From positions 864,001 to 928,000 of the forward strand of contig OZ255842.1 in assembly GCA_965277805.1 (NCBI GenBank): a DNA stretch of 64,000 bases, read 5' to 3'. This DNA is from Candidatus Lustribacter sp. (GTDB lineage Bacteria > Vulcanimicrobiota > Vulcanimicrobiia > Vulcanimicrobiales > Vulcanimicrobiaceae). Shown here in pieces: positions 9,350 through 18,590 of the stretch. Under the pieces are notes generated by a model, which saw only the letters and a program-made list of their open reading frames with translations, did no database searches and was not told the origin of the DNA. A program made the position numbers and the translations under genes. Every line of letters begins with the position of its first letter. Within the stretch, counting starts at the first letter, position 1.

Positions 9350-9885
9350 ACGCCGCTGATACCCAAGTCCAGGGCCCGGTAGACCAGGGTATCGCCTTCG
9401 CGGTGCGCTTCGGGGGTCAGGACATGGCTCGAGCGGGTGTTCGGAGTGAGGTGGACGACCTCAAAGCCTCCGAGCAGTACCGCCGCGTCGGCGACCAGTC
9501 GCCGGTGGCATTTCCACCATAGGGTCTCGGCACAGAAGATCGCAACGGTACGCTCGCGTGCGAGGGCAAGCAAAGCGTTGAAGCCCATCCGGAAGTCGAG
9601 CGTGGCCATGTAGTCGGCGTAGCCGCGGAAGCCGGTGTTGCGCAAGCCCGTGTTGGGCGAATCCGGCAGCGGCGTGCGCCGGCCCCCAAGCTCGGGGATC
9701 GGGCGATAGTCGATCGCCGTTTCGCCGAGCCAGCCGCGCATGGCGTCCGCGCCGAACTGCGGATGCTTGCGCGAACCCGCGAAACGTCGCACGTCGGCCG
9801 CGACCACGATGCTCTCCGCACGGAGCGTGTTTCGAAAGACGTCGGCCTGCAGCGTGCCGTGGCCCATGGTATAGAGTCGGTTCAT
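9346..9885 (-). CDS. DUF488 family protein
   Basis: YTMGHG, DVRRF, LGGRR, CAE-x4-CHR motifs; start moved to ATG 9885 to avoid the tRNA. Confidence 0.9.
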   Translation of the reverse strand: MNRLYTMGHGTLQADVFRNTLRAESIVVAADVRRFAGSRKHPQFGADAMRGWLGETAIDYRPIPELGGRRTPLPDSPNTGLRNTGFRGYADYMATLDFRMGFNALLALARERTVAIFCAETLWWKCHRRLVADAAVLLGGFEVVHLTPNTRSSHVLTPEAHREGDTLVYRALDLGISGV

Positions 9886-9886
9886 A

Positions 9887-9916
9887 TAGACAGGCGTCTC
9901 CCCAAGTATGTATAAT
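9887..9916 (+). promoter_or_regulatory. Sigma70-type promoter of the tRNA pair
   Basis: TAGACA-N18-TATAAT, 17 nt upstream of tRNA-Val. Confidence 0.6.
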
Positions 9917-9933
9917 TCGACGGTTCGCCAAAC

Positions 9934-10008
9934 GGGCGCGTAGCTCAGTGGGAGAGCATCCGCTTCACACGCGGGGGGTCGTTGGTTCAATCCCAACCGT
10001 GCCCACCA
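9934..10008 (+). tRNA. tRNA-Val(CAC)
   Basis: GGGCGCGTAGCTCAG...CCGC-TT-CAC-AC-GCGG...GGTTCAATCC...CCCACCA. Confidence 0.97.
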
Positions 10009-10025
10009 TAAAATCTGGTCCGTTT

Positions 10026-10102
10026 GGCGCAGTAGCTCAGTTGGTTAGAGCGCCGCCCTGTCACGGCGGAGGTCGAGGGTTCGAGCCCCTTCTGCGTCGC
10101 CA
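10026..10102 (+). tRNA. tRNA-Asp(GTC)
   Basis: GGCGCAGTAGCTCAGTTGG...CCGCC-CT-GTC-AC-GGCGG...GGTTCGAGCC...GCCA. Confidence 0.97.
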
Positions 10103-10106
10103 GATT

Positions 10107-10146
10107 CAACACGCCGGGCCTCATACGAGGCTCGGCGCGTTGCTTT
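10107..10146 (+). terminator. Hairpin/terminator after tRNA-Asp
   Basis: CAACACGCCGGGCCTC...GAGGCTCGGCGCGTTG stem with a short T tail. Confidence 0.55.
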
Positions 10147-10163
10147 GCGAAGGTCGTTAGTTC

Positions 10164-10910
10164 GTGGCTTCTATCTCAGTCGAACACCTCACCAAGCGTT
10201 ACCCGTCCGGCACGCTCGCTTTGAGCGACGTCAACCTTGACGTGGGCGAGGGCGAGTTCGTGGCGGTCGTCGGCCCCAGCGGCTGCGGCAAGAGCACGCT
10301 GATGCGGATCATGGCCGGCCTCGATGCGGCCACCGACGGCCGCGTCGAAACGATTGCCGCGGCTTCGGATTCGACGTCGAGCCTGCCGAGCGCCGTCGTC
10401 TTTCAAGAACAGTCGCTCTTCCCGTGGATGCGCGTGTCGCAGAACGTTGCCTTTGCCTTCGACAGCCTCGGGCTTCCCCAAAGCGAGGTCGACCGGCGGG
10501 TCGCGAAAGAGCTCGCGCTCGTCGGTCTCACCGATTTCGCGAACGCCTATCCGCACGAACTCTCGGGCGGCATGAAGCAGCGCGCCGCGGTCGCGCGCGC
10601 GTTCGCGGTGGATCCGCCGGTGCTCTATATGGACGAGCCGTTCGGCGCGCTCGACGAACAGACGCGCGTCGGATTAGCAAACGAGTTGATGAAGCTGTGG
10701 GAACGCATGCGCAAGACCGTCGTGTTCATCACGCACGGGATTGAAGAAGCGGTGACGCTGGCCGATCGCGTGATCGTGCTCTCCGCACATCCCGGCACGG
10801 TCAAGGCAGTGATTCCGATCGAGTTTCCGCGGCCGCGCGATGCGGTGATGCTGCGCGGCGATCCGAAGTTCGGCGAATACGTCGTGCGCATCTGGGAACT
10901 GCTTCGATGA
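10164..10910 (+). CDS. ABC transporter ATPase, SsuB/TauB family
   Basis: GPSGCGKST, LSGGMKQR, MDEPFGALD, ITH. Confidence 0.95.
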   Translation: MASISVEHLTKRYPSGTLALSDVNLDVGEGEFVAVVGPSGCGKSTLMRIMAGLDAATDGRVETIAAASDSTSSLPSAVVFQEQSLFPWMRVSQNVAFAFDSLGLPQSEVDRRVAKELALVGLTDFANAYPHELSGGMKQRAAVARAFAVDPPVLYMDEPFGALDEQTRVGLANELMKLWERMRKTVVFITHGIEEAVTLADRVIVLSAHPGTVKAVIPIEFPRPRDAVMLRGDPKFGEYVVRIWELLR

Positions 10911-11665
10911 CGCGCGGCGAACGCGCGGTCGCGATTGCCGCGCCGATCTCGATCGTGCTGCTCTGGCAGCTTGCGGTGTCGACGCGCTTTCTCAACCCCG
11001 GTCTCTTCCCGCCGCCCTCGGAGATCGCCGCCAATTTTATCGCCTACGCATCGAGCGGGGAGCTCGCCACCAACACGGCCTGGACGCTCGGGCGCCTGGT
11101 CATCGGATGTCTGATCGGCGGCATTCCCGGCACGCTCATCGGCCTCGCGATGGGGATGAATCGCTGGGTGCGGGCGTACTTCCAGCCGGTGGTCGCGCTC
11201 CTGTACCCGATCCCGAAGATCGCGATCCTACCCTTGCTGTACTTCATCTTCGGTACGGGGGAGCAAGCCAAGTGGGCGGCGGTGGCCGTCGGCGTGTTTT
11301 TCCTGATGGTGATCAACACCGAGGCCGGCGTGCGGCAGATCGACCCCATTTATCTGGACGTTGCTCGCGCCTACCGTATCCGGCCCGCCTCGTTCTACTT
11401 CCGGGTGCTTTTGCCGGGTGCGCTGCCGAACATATATGCCGGGATCAAGCTGAGCATCGGCATCGCGATCGTGCTCGCGGTGGCCTCGGAATTCCAGCTC
11501 ACCCGCGTGGGGTTGGGGTTTGCGATCTTCAACGCCCAGCAGCTTCTGGACGTCGACCGTCTCTACGCGGCGCTCGTCGCGGTGTCGCTGCTTGGTTGCA
11601 TCCTCACCTACGGGCTCGACCTCACCGAACGCTGGGCGATTCCGTGGCGGAGAGCTCGCAAGTAA
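10907..11665 (+). CDS. ABC transporter permease, SsuC/TauC family
   Basis: PPPSEI, PIPKIAILP, EAA-like loop, about 6 TM helices. Confidence 0.93.
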   Translation: MTRGERAVAIAAPISIVLLWQLAVSTRFLNPGLFPPPSEIAANFIAYASSGELATNTAWTLGRLVIGCLIGGIPGTLIGLAMGMNRWVRAYFQPVVALLYPIPKIAILPLLYFIFGTGEQAKWAAVAVGVFFLMVINTEAGVRQIDPIYLDVARAYRIRPASFYFRVLLPGALPNIYAGIKLSIGIAIVLAVASEFQLTRVGLGFAIFNAQQLLDVDRLYAALVAVSLLGCILTYGLDLTERWAIPWRRARK

Positions 11666-11796
11666 GCGTTTCCTTACAATAGCCGGCAAAACGTAACGCA
11701 GGCCTTACGTGGGTCAAGAAACGAACACTCGATTGACCATGGAGGGACGTAACCGTTAACGCGGTCTCACCGATCTCGATCGTTCGTGCGCTGTTC

Positions 11797-13821
11797 GTGT
11801 CTAATGACACCGTTCGGCGCGAGCGTTGGATCGCGCACGCCGGCCTCTCACTTTCGGTCAACGCCGCGACCGCGGATTCGACGCGCGAAGCGGTCGTGCA
11901 CTTATCCGAAGAGCCGGTGGACGTCATCATCGTCGGCCCCTCGCTCGACGACGGATCGCGCGAAGAGCTGCTGAACGAACTGCGTGCGCGTCATGCGAAC
12001 ATTCCGCTGATCGCCGTCGGCGGTCCGAACGAGCCGGCGCCGCTCGATGCGCTCGCCTACGGTGCGATCGAAGCGCTCGGCGACGATGAAACGCCGCGCC
12101 TCGCCGCGACGATGTTGCGCGCGATTCGCGATGCCGGTTTGGGCCGTGCGCTGCGCGCCGCGCACGACGAACTGCAAGGTGTGCTCTCGCTCAGCGACCT
12201 GCACTCATCGTTGCTGACGAACGCGCCGGCGCTGATCTGGTCGACCGACGAAACGCTCACGCTGCGCAGCGTCGAAGGCGCGGAAGCGGCTCGCACGTCC
12301 GTCGGCGTGCAGATCGGCGATTGGGACCGGCTGGCGAGCAGTGCCGACCGGGCGCGGCTCGTAGACGCGCACCGCGACGCACTGGGCGGCACAACGACCT
12401 CGATTCGCGTGAACTGGCTTGGCCGATTGCGGTATATCACCGTCTCGCCGGTGTATGAAGGCGACAGCGTAGCCGGGACGGCCGGTGCGGCGGTTGCGAT
12501 TGCCGCGAGCGACATCGATATTTCGGCCATCGGCAGCGATCACGATTCGGTGACCGATCTGCCCAATCGCGTGATCTTCGAACACCGCGTGAGCACCGTG
12601 CTGCGCGAGTGCGAAGTGACCGGCGAACGCGCGGCGGTGTTGTTCGTCGACGTCGATCGCTTCAAGACCGTCAACGACATCGGCGGTCACGCGGCCGGCG
12701 ATACGGTCTTGCGCGCGATCGCCCACCGGCTGCGGCGCACCATCGGCGAACAGGATGCGATCGCGCGCTTCAGCGCCGATGAGTTCGTGGTCTTGGCGGT
12801 CGGGCTCGACGATCCCAAGCGCGCCGAAGCACTGGGCGCCGCACTGCTCGGCACCTTCGCCTTGCCGTTCACGTACGGGGCGCATGAGTTCCACCTCACC
12901 GCGAGCATCGGGGTGAGCGTGGGTCCGGACGATGCCGATCAAGCCGAACGGCTGATCGCGAATGCCGAGTCGGCATCGTTCGACGCCAAACGCCTGGGCC
13001 GCAACAACGTCAGCCGCTTCGCTCCCGCGATGCTGGCGACGCCGTCGGAGCGCCATATGCTGCACCGCGAACTGCTGCATGCGATCGAGCGCGGACAACT
13101 CGAGCTGCTCTATCAGCCGATCTACGACATGATCACGGGCAAGATCGCCAGTGTCGAAGCGCTCGTGCGCTGGCGGCATCCGACGCTCGGCATGATCGTT
13201 CCCGACCGCTTCATTCCGCTGGCCGAAGAGTCGGGTCTCATCGCGAGCATCGGCGAGTGGGTGATCATGCGCGTGTGCGAACAGATCCGGCTGTGGGTGG
13301 ACGCCGGACTCGACGACGTGCACGTGAGCCTCAACGTATCGGCGCGCCAGCTCGATCGCCTGCAGTTGCACCGCTTCATCGGCGATGCGATCCGCGTCAA
13401 CGGCATCGATCCCTCGCGCCTCGAAATCGAAGTGACCGAAACGTCGATCTTACGCGACGTCTACGGTGCAACGCTGTTGCTGCGCGAATTGCGCAGCATG
13501 GGGCTCAGCGTCGCGATCGACGATTTCGGTTCCGGCTTTACGTCACTCGCGTTCTTACGCGATCTGCCGATCAACAACCTCAAGATCGATCGCTGCTTCG
13601 TACGCGACGTCGCCACCGGCAACTTCGACGGCGCCGTCGTGCGCGCGGTCGTGGGGCTCGCGCGCAGCCTGGGCGTACGAACGATCGCCGAGGGCGTGGA
13701 AGACCGTGCGCAAATGGAGATGTTGCGCGAACTGCGCTGCGATGCGGTGCAAGGCTACTTGTTCAGCCATCCGCTACCCGCGGATGAGTGCGCGACGCTC
13801 TTCCACCAGAAGATCGCCTAA
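11797..13821 (+). CDS. REC-like/PAS-like + GGDEF + EAL protein, probably a c-di-GMP phosphodiesterase
   Basis: DVDRFKTVND, degenerate SADEF site, intact EAL, DDFGSG, EGVE. Confidence 0.9.
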   Translation: MSNDTVRRERWIAHAGLSLSVNAATADSTREAVVHLSEEPVDVIIVGPSLDDGSREELLNELRARHANIPLIAVGGPNEPAPLDALAYGAIEALGDDETPRLAATMLRAIRDAGLGRALRAAHDELQGVLSLSDLHSSLLTNAPALIWSTDETLTLRSVEGAEAARTSVGVQIGDWDRLASSADRARLVDAHRDALGGTTTSIRVNWLGRLRYITVSPVYEGDSVAGTAGAAVAIAASDIDISAIGSDHDSVTDLPNRVIFEHRVSTVLRECEVTGERAAVLFVDVDRFKTVNDIGGHAAGDTVLRAIAHRLRRTIGEQDAIARFSADEFVVLAVGLDDPKRAEALGAALLGTFALPFTYGAHEFHLTASIGVSVGPDDADQAERLIANAESASFDAKRLGRNNVSRFAPAMLATPSERHMLHRELLHAIERGQLELLYQPIYDMITGKIASVEALVRWRHPTLGMIVPDRFIPLAEESGLIASIGEWVIMRVCEQIRLWVDAGLDDVHVSLNVSARQLDRLQLHRFIGDAIRVNGIDPSRLEIEVTETSILRDVYGATLLLRELRSMGLSVAIDDFGSGFTSLAFLRDLPINNLKIDRCFVRDVATGNFDGAVVRAVVGLARSLGVRTIAEGVEDRAQMEMLRELRCDAVQGYLFSHPLPADECATLFHQKIA

Positions 13822-14501
13822 GGCCGGGGCCCCCGCTCGTCGTCTCCGGACGGCCTGCCTTTGAGGAACGCCAGCGCCATATAGAGCAATACCGGTACCG
13901 CAACGGCGGCGACCGACGCACCGATTTTGCCGAGCGGCGAATTTCCGCTGCGCAGCAATTCGAGAATTGCCGTCACGTCGAAGGAGGAGAGCTGCTCCTT
14001 CGGCGGCGCTTGTGGCGGCGGCGCTGGCGGCGGCGTTGCAGCGCGCGGCGGCTCGATCCACGCGGGCTGAGGGACCGGAACGGGCGGCGGATCCGGATCG
14101 TCTTCGACCGGCTCGTACGGCTCGAGATCGTGATGGTCGAACAGCCCTTCGGCCGTGAGCGACGCCACGTCGAACGCAAACGGGAGGCCGTTCAAGTTGA
14201 CGATGCGTCCGCAGTCGACGCCGTGCGCCTTGAGGTCGTCGTCACGCAAGTACAAGCTCGCGGTGACGTTGTCGCCGGGCCGGTTGCCGGAACGCGTGCG
14301 GATCGTGACGATCGCCCACACGCCGTCGAACGCGGCGATCTCGACGACGTTGCCCGGCCGCATGAAGCTCAGGGAAGGGTACTCGCCGTTGACCGGCGTG
14401 TCCGAGAGGATGGTACCGCGGATGAAAAAGCACGAGGTCCCGACGCCGAAATAGCCGTCGATCGATTTCGCGTTCACCTTGGCGATGCTGCGGGGCATCA
14501 T
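13818..14501 (-). CDS. Hypothetical protein with Pro-rich linker and C-terminal TM helix
   Basis: PPPVPVPQP/TPPPAPPP linker and hydrophobic C-terminal segment; start uncertain. Confidence 0.55.
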   Translation of the reverse strand: MMPRSIAKVNAKSIDGYFGVGTSCFFIRGTILSDTPVNGEYPSLSFMRPGNVVEIAAFDGVWAIVTIRTRSGNRPGDNVTASLYLRDDDLKAHGVDCGRIVNLNGLPFAFDVASLTAEGLFDHHDLEPYEPVEDDPDPPPVPVPQPAWIEPPRAATPPPAPPPQAPPKEQLSSFDVTAILELLRSGNSPLGKIGASVAAVAVPVLLYMALAFLKGRPSGDDERGPRP

Positions 14502-14612
14502 GCGTCGTCTCACCGTAGGTAGTCGTTCGGCCGACGGCCCAAGCAACCTTAGGCTAGCCACCTACCAGGAAATGGTGAGTTCGCGGCCCCTCGTCATCCC
14601 GGAAACCAGCTG

Positions 14613-14640
14613 TGTCATCCCGAGCTTGTCGAGGGACCGC
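14613..14640 (-). repeat. REP-like palindromic repeat, copy 2
   Basis: TGTCATCCCGAGCTTGTCGAGGGACCGC, 8 nt from the stop of the siderophore-interacting gene. Confidence 0.8.
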
Positions 14641-14648
14641 CCCAATCG

Positions 14649-15458
14649 CTAATCCTTAGCGTAATCGTGATCGGGATGGTTTACCGCGCCGACGCGCCAG
14701 TAGCCGCGGGCGACGACCCGGTCTTTCTCGAGCCCGGAAGCCGCAAGGATCGTCGTGCGCAGCTGTCGCAGCGCCGTCGCCTCGCAGCCGACATACACGC
14801 GGCCGGCGCCGGCCGGCCAGGCGAAGCCCTCGAGCCCCTTGAGCAATGCTGTACCGGGCGTATCGCCGGGGCGGCGCACGAGCCACCGGATGTCGGTCTG
14901 GCTGGGGCCGGCCAGTGGACGGGCCTCGTCGGCGGCCACGACCTCGATCAGCACCGTCGTCTTGGTCGTGGCGGGCAGCGCCTCGAGGATCGTCTCGATC
15001 GCCGGCAGCGCGGCGTCATCACCCAGAATCACGTACCACGGCGCTTCGGTATCGACCGCATAGCCCTGCGCCGGGCCCATTTGCACGACTTGCTGCCCAA
15101 CTTTGGCCTGCTCGGCCCACGTCCCCGCCGGGCCGGGCCCGTGCAGCGCGAAATCGACGTCGAGCGTTTGGGCCTGGGCGTCGAAGCGGCGCGGCGTGTA
15201 GGTTCGCGTGTTGGGCGAGCGCGGATCGTCGGGGCCGGGCACCGGAACCGTATCGGCGCCGCTGCCGGGTTCGGGGAAGATCATCTTGATGTGCGCGGCC
15301 GGGCCCGTCCACGTGAACGACGCGAGGTCGCTGCCGCCGAAGGTGACGCGGCGCATCCGAGGGCTCAGTTGCTTCACCGCGACGACCGAGATCGCTCGCG
15401 GGACGCCGCGTTTGCGCGGCGGCCGGGTGCCTTCGGGTGCTTGCTGTTGTTGGGTCAT
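14649..15458 (-). CDS. Siderophore-interacting protein (ViuB-like FAD reductase)
   Basis: RTYTPR, DFALHG, GDDAALPAI, GYWR. Confidence 0.93.
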   Translation of the reverse strand: MTQQQQAPEGTRPPRKRGVPRAISVVAVKQLSPRMRRVTFGGSDLASFTWTGPAAHIKMIFPEPGSGADTVPVPGPDDPRSPNTRTYTPRRFDAQAQTLDVDFALHGPGPAGTWAEQAKVGQQVVQMGPAQGYAVDTEAPWYVILGDDAALPAIETILEALPATTKTTVLIEVVAADEARPLAGPSQTDIRWLVRRPGDTPGTALLKGLEGFAWPAGAGRVYVGCEATALRQLRTTILAASGLEKDRVVARGYWRVGAVNHPDHDYAKD

Positions 15459-15468
15459 GCGAACTGAC

Positions 15469-16488
15469 TTAACTGGGGACGGCGATCTTTCCCGGCATGA
15501 TGTTCGCCGTGGCGCGCGCTTTGCGCTCGCCGTAAACGAACGGCACGTCGCGCGGCATCGAGGTGTGGAGATCCTCGGCGGCCACGTTGGTGGGATCGGG
15601 GTTGGTCATCAGCGTGTGGATGACCGCGTCGTAGCTCGGATACATGAAGAACGGGATCGAGTAACGCCGGTTGCCCGAGCGGTTGACGACGCGGTGCACG
15701 GTCGAGGAGAAGATACCGTCGGTCCACACTTTGAGCACTTCACCGACGTTGAGCACGAACGTATCGGCAACCGGCGGCACTTGCACCCAATTGAGGTCGC
15801 GGTTGCGAATCTCCAAGCCGCCGTTGTTGTCTTGCGCGAGGATCGTGAATGCGTTCGTGTCGGTGTGTGCGCACGCGCCGAGGTTCACGCCGGAGTCGTC
15901 GGGCTTCTGCGCGGGATAGTGCAGCAACCGCAGGCTATTCATGTCTTTGCGGAAGTATTGGCGCAGCGTGCCCGGCGCGAGTTCCAAGCCGATTTCGAAG
16001 AGGTCGAGCACGTTGTAGCCGAGGTTGTCGATCTTCGCGTAGTAGCGCATCATGCGCGCTTCGAGATCGGGCATCGCGCTCGGCCACGGAATCACGCCGT
16101 GCAGCGGTTTACCGGCGAGAATGCCGGGATGATCGGCCGGCAGCGGACGGCGAATCTGGAATGCTTCCTGCAGATTCGCCGTGATCGTTTCGTGCACGCC
16201 CTTGCTCATGCCGTGCAGATAGCCTTGGGCGTGATTGTTCTTCGTGATCGAGACTTCCATCTTCGCCTCGACCGGCAAGTTGTGAAAGTCTTCCGCGGTC
16301 TTGAAGATCGCGTCGATCTCCGCCCGCGGCACGCCGTGGTTTTTCAAGTACACGAACCCAACGCGCGCGCAGGCCTCGGCGAGCTCCGCCGCAACGGCCG
16401 CGCGGCTTGCTTCGGAGCCGTCCGTCAGCGGCGCGAGATCGACGATCGGCACTTCGTCGAACGAGAGTTTCAGCGCGGTCGGTAACAT
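15469..16488 (-). CDS. Isopenicillin N synthase-family 2OG-Fe(II) oxygenase
   Basis: PIVDL, GFVYLKNHG, LRLLHYP, HTD, HRV, RYS; start at MLPTAL. Confidence 0.93.
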   Translation of the reverse strand: MLPTALKLSFDEVPIVDLAPLTDGSEASRAAVAAELAEACARVGFVYLKNHGVPRAEIDAIFKTAEDFHNLPVEAKMEVSITKNNHAQGYLHGMSKGVHETITANLQEAFQIRRPLPADHPGILAGKPLHGVIPWPSAMPDLEARMMRYYAKIDNLGYNVLDLFEIGLELAPGTLRQYFRKDMNSLRLLHYPAQKPDDSGVNLGACAHTDTNAFTILAQDNNGGLEIRNRDLNWVQVPPVADTFVLNVGEVLKVWTDGIFSSTVHRVVNRSGNRRYSIPFFMYPSYDAVIHTLMTNPDPTNVAAEDLHTSMPRDVPFVYGERKARATANIMPGKIAVPS

Positions 16489-16536
16489 GGTTCTCCCTCG
16501 GCAGGCGGACCGGTATTTTCCTGCAAGTGAAGCGGC

Positions 16537-16845
16537 GTGCCCGCTTATGTGATCGGTGAAGTCGAAATTACCAAGCCCGACGCGATGAAGGCCTATGGGC
16601 CGCTGATCGCGCGCGCGGTCGAGAAGTTCGGGGGGCGCTATCTCGCGCGCGGCGCCAAACCGCACGTGCTCGAAGGCGGCCCAGCCCACAACGTGTTGAT
16701 CATCGAGTTTGCCGACGCCGACACCGCGCGCCGCTGGTACGAGTCGCCCGAGTATGCCGCCGCCAAAGCAGTGCGCGCGGGCGCCTCGAACCTGCGCCTG
16801 ATCGTGGTGGAAGATTTTATCTCGAGTACCGCCGTCAAAGATTAG
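16537..16845 (+). CDS. DUF1330 family protein
   Basis: GGRYLARG, IIEF, WYESPEY. Confidence 0.9.
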   Translation: MPAYVIGEVEITKPDAMKAYGPLIARAVEKFGGRYLARGAKPHVLEGGPAHNVLIIEFADADTARRWYESPEYAAAKAVRAGASNLRLIVVEDFISSTAVKD

Positions 16846-17888
16846 CGCTTATATGGCCCGAGCTGCTTGACGGCGTCGGCGGCGAACGACGTGTCGACGG
16901 CGTCTTCGGCCGACATCGACGGCGTGTCGATCAAGCCTTGCGCTTTGAAGAAGTCGAGATCGCTGCGCATCGTGATCAGGTCGAGCCGGCCGTCGGGATT
17001 ATCGCCGCTCGGCGTCACGCGGTTGAGCACGCTGCGATCCTGATGCGTCGCGTCGGCGAAGATCGACATAATCACGTCGGCCTGTTTGCCGGCGATGCGG
17101 CCGTTCTGCAGATTGTTGTTGTAGACGCGCACGCCGCGCAGGTAGGCGCGCATGAAGCGCGCGCCGGCATCTTTGTTTTTCAAGAACGTGGCGCCGTAGA
17201 ACATCGCTACGATCTGCTGGTTGGGATAGTACGCGTCATCGCGCAGGATCTTCGTGCCGACGTGTTCTTTTTCGGCGATCGACGGACCGGGCTCGGGCAT
17301 GAGCGATGCGTCGAGCGAACCGTTGCCCATCGCGGCGATCTGATCGGCGACGGGCATGTAGAGCATCGTGACATCGTCCATCGTGAGCCCGCCCTTTTTG
17401 AGCAGCGCCGCGACGAGCGCGGAGGTCGAGATGCCCTTCGCCGTAATCGCGATGCGCTTGCCCTTGAGATCCTTGATGCTCTTGTAGCCGCCGCTCGCCA
17501 AGAGCGAGTTGCGCACCACCAGCGTCTGGAAGCCGTAGCCCGGCGGGTCGCTGCCGAGGTCGGCGACGATGCGCAGGTTGATGCCGCGCCCGACGGCGTT
17601 GTAGAGGCCGGCCGTGATCGCGCCGCCGCCGGCGTCGAGCTGGCCCGCGCCGAGCGGCGCGATCATCAACGCGGCCGAGGGGAGCGGCACGAATTGGACG
17701 TTCAGCCCCTCGGCCTTGAAATAGCCCAGTTTCTCGGCCAGGTAGAACGGGGTCATCGTGATCGAATCGGTGCCGACCCCGAGCCGCACCGTCAGCGGCG
17801 TCTGGGCCGCGGCCGGACCGGCCGCGCCGGCGGCCGCCAAGGGAAGCACGCCGAGCGTGGCCGCAAGCAAGTAGCGCCGTAAACCCAT
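16842..17888 (-). CDS. ABC substrate-binding protein, NMT1/SsuA family
   Basis: Signal peptide; GYFKAEGL, DLKGKRIA, LDASLMPEP. Confidence 0.9.
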   Translation of the reverse strand: MGLRRYLLAATLGVLPLAAAGAAGPAAAQTPLTVRLGVGTDSITMTPFYLAEKLGYFKAEGLNVQFVPLPSAALMIAPLGAGQLDAGGGAITAGLYNAVGRGINLRIVADLGSDPPGYGFQTLVVRNSLLASGGYKSIKDLKGKRIAITAKGISTSALVAALLKKGGLTMDDVTMLYMPVADQIAAMGNGSLDASLMPEPGPSIAEKEHVGTKILRDDAYYPNQQIVAMFYGATFLKNKDAGARFMRAYLRGVRVYNNNLQNGRIAGKQADVIMSIFADATHQDRSVLNRVTPSGDNPDGRLDLITMRSDLDFFKAQGLIDTPSMSAEDAVDTSFAADAVKQLGPYKR

Positions 17889-17993
17889 GCCGCACGGTTC
17901 GTCGTCCGGAGACCGGATTCAGCGGGGGGCGCGGCCACCGGGTGCTGAACTTATGGCCTGCAGGTTTTCCTCGTGCACGAAGGAGTGGCAGCC

Positions 17994-18590
17994 ATGATCG
18001 CACCCGATCTCAAAAGCGATGTCAAACTCACGGTCCTCAACCCGATGGGGTACCCGCCGGAGATCACGCGCAAATCGGGCGCCCCCCGGCTCGAGACCCT
18101 CGAGGGCAAGACCGTCTATCTGGTCGATTGCCGCTTCGATGATTCGATCGAGTTGCTCAAACAAGTGCAAGCGTGGTTTGCCGAACACATGGCGAACGTG
18201 ACGACGAAGATCATCTCGCTCTCCGCCTATTACGGTCATGACGATCCGACGACGTGGGAAGAAATCAAGAAGAACGGCGACGCGGCGATCGTCGGTGTCG
18301 GCCACTGCAGCACGTGCGCGCCCGCCGTTGCGACGCACGCGATCACGATCGATACGAAGTACGGCGTGCCGGCCGTCGCGATTCACACCGATAAGTTCGA
18401 CCGCGTCGTGAAGTCGGTGCGCAAGATGGGCGGCTTGCCCGAAGCGCCGACCGTATTCGTACCGCAGCCCGTCATGGGCAAGTCGGCCGCGGAGCTGCGC
18501 GCCTACGTCAACGGCAGCGACCCGATCACCGGACGTCCGGTGATGCTCGAGATCGTGGAAGCGCTGACCACGCAATTGAGCGCCGCGTAA
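17994..18590 (+). CDS. UGSC-family thiol/selenol redox protein, Cys form
   Basis: APRLETLEGKTV, GVGHCSTC, GVPAV; AAGGAG RBS. Confidence 0.75.
   Translation: MIAPDLKSDVKLTVLNPMGYPPEITRKSGAPRLETLEGKTVYLVDCRFDDSIELLKQVQAWFAEHMANVTTKIISLSAYYGHDDPTTWEEIKKNGDAAIVGVGHCSTCAPAVATHAITIDTKYGVPAVAIHTDKFDRVVKSVRKMGGLPEAPTVFVPQPVMGKSAAELRAYVNGSDPITGRPVMLEIVEALTTQLSAA

Noticed and set aside
9886-9996. N-terminal extension of the DUF488 ORF; similar extensions at 16489-16689, 31153-31299 and 56519-56680
   Set aside because: They overlap tRNAs or neighbouring genes or lack family similarity; internal starts fit the family N-termini
1348-10008. Two tRNA-Val genes in inverted orientation sharing about 25 identical 5' bases, as possible att or inversion sites
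   Set aside because: Both are complete isoacceptors with different anticodons; no recombinase nearby
12205-13371. Long antisense ORFs (also 17919..19277, 24016..25257, 36116..37165, 37335..38621, 54407..55405, 60215..61366)
   Set aside because: Shadows of well-supported genes, expected in high-GC DNA
18295-18320. Selenocysteine recoding in the UGSC-family gene
   Set aside because: The motif uses TGC and the junction stop is TAA, not TGA
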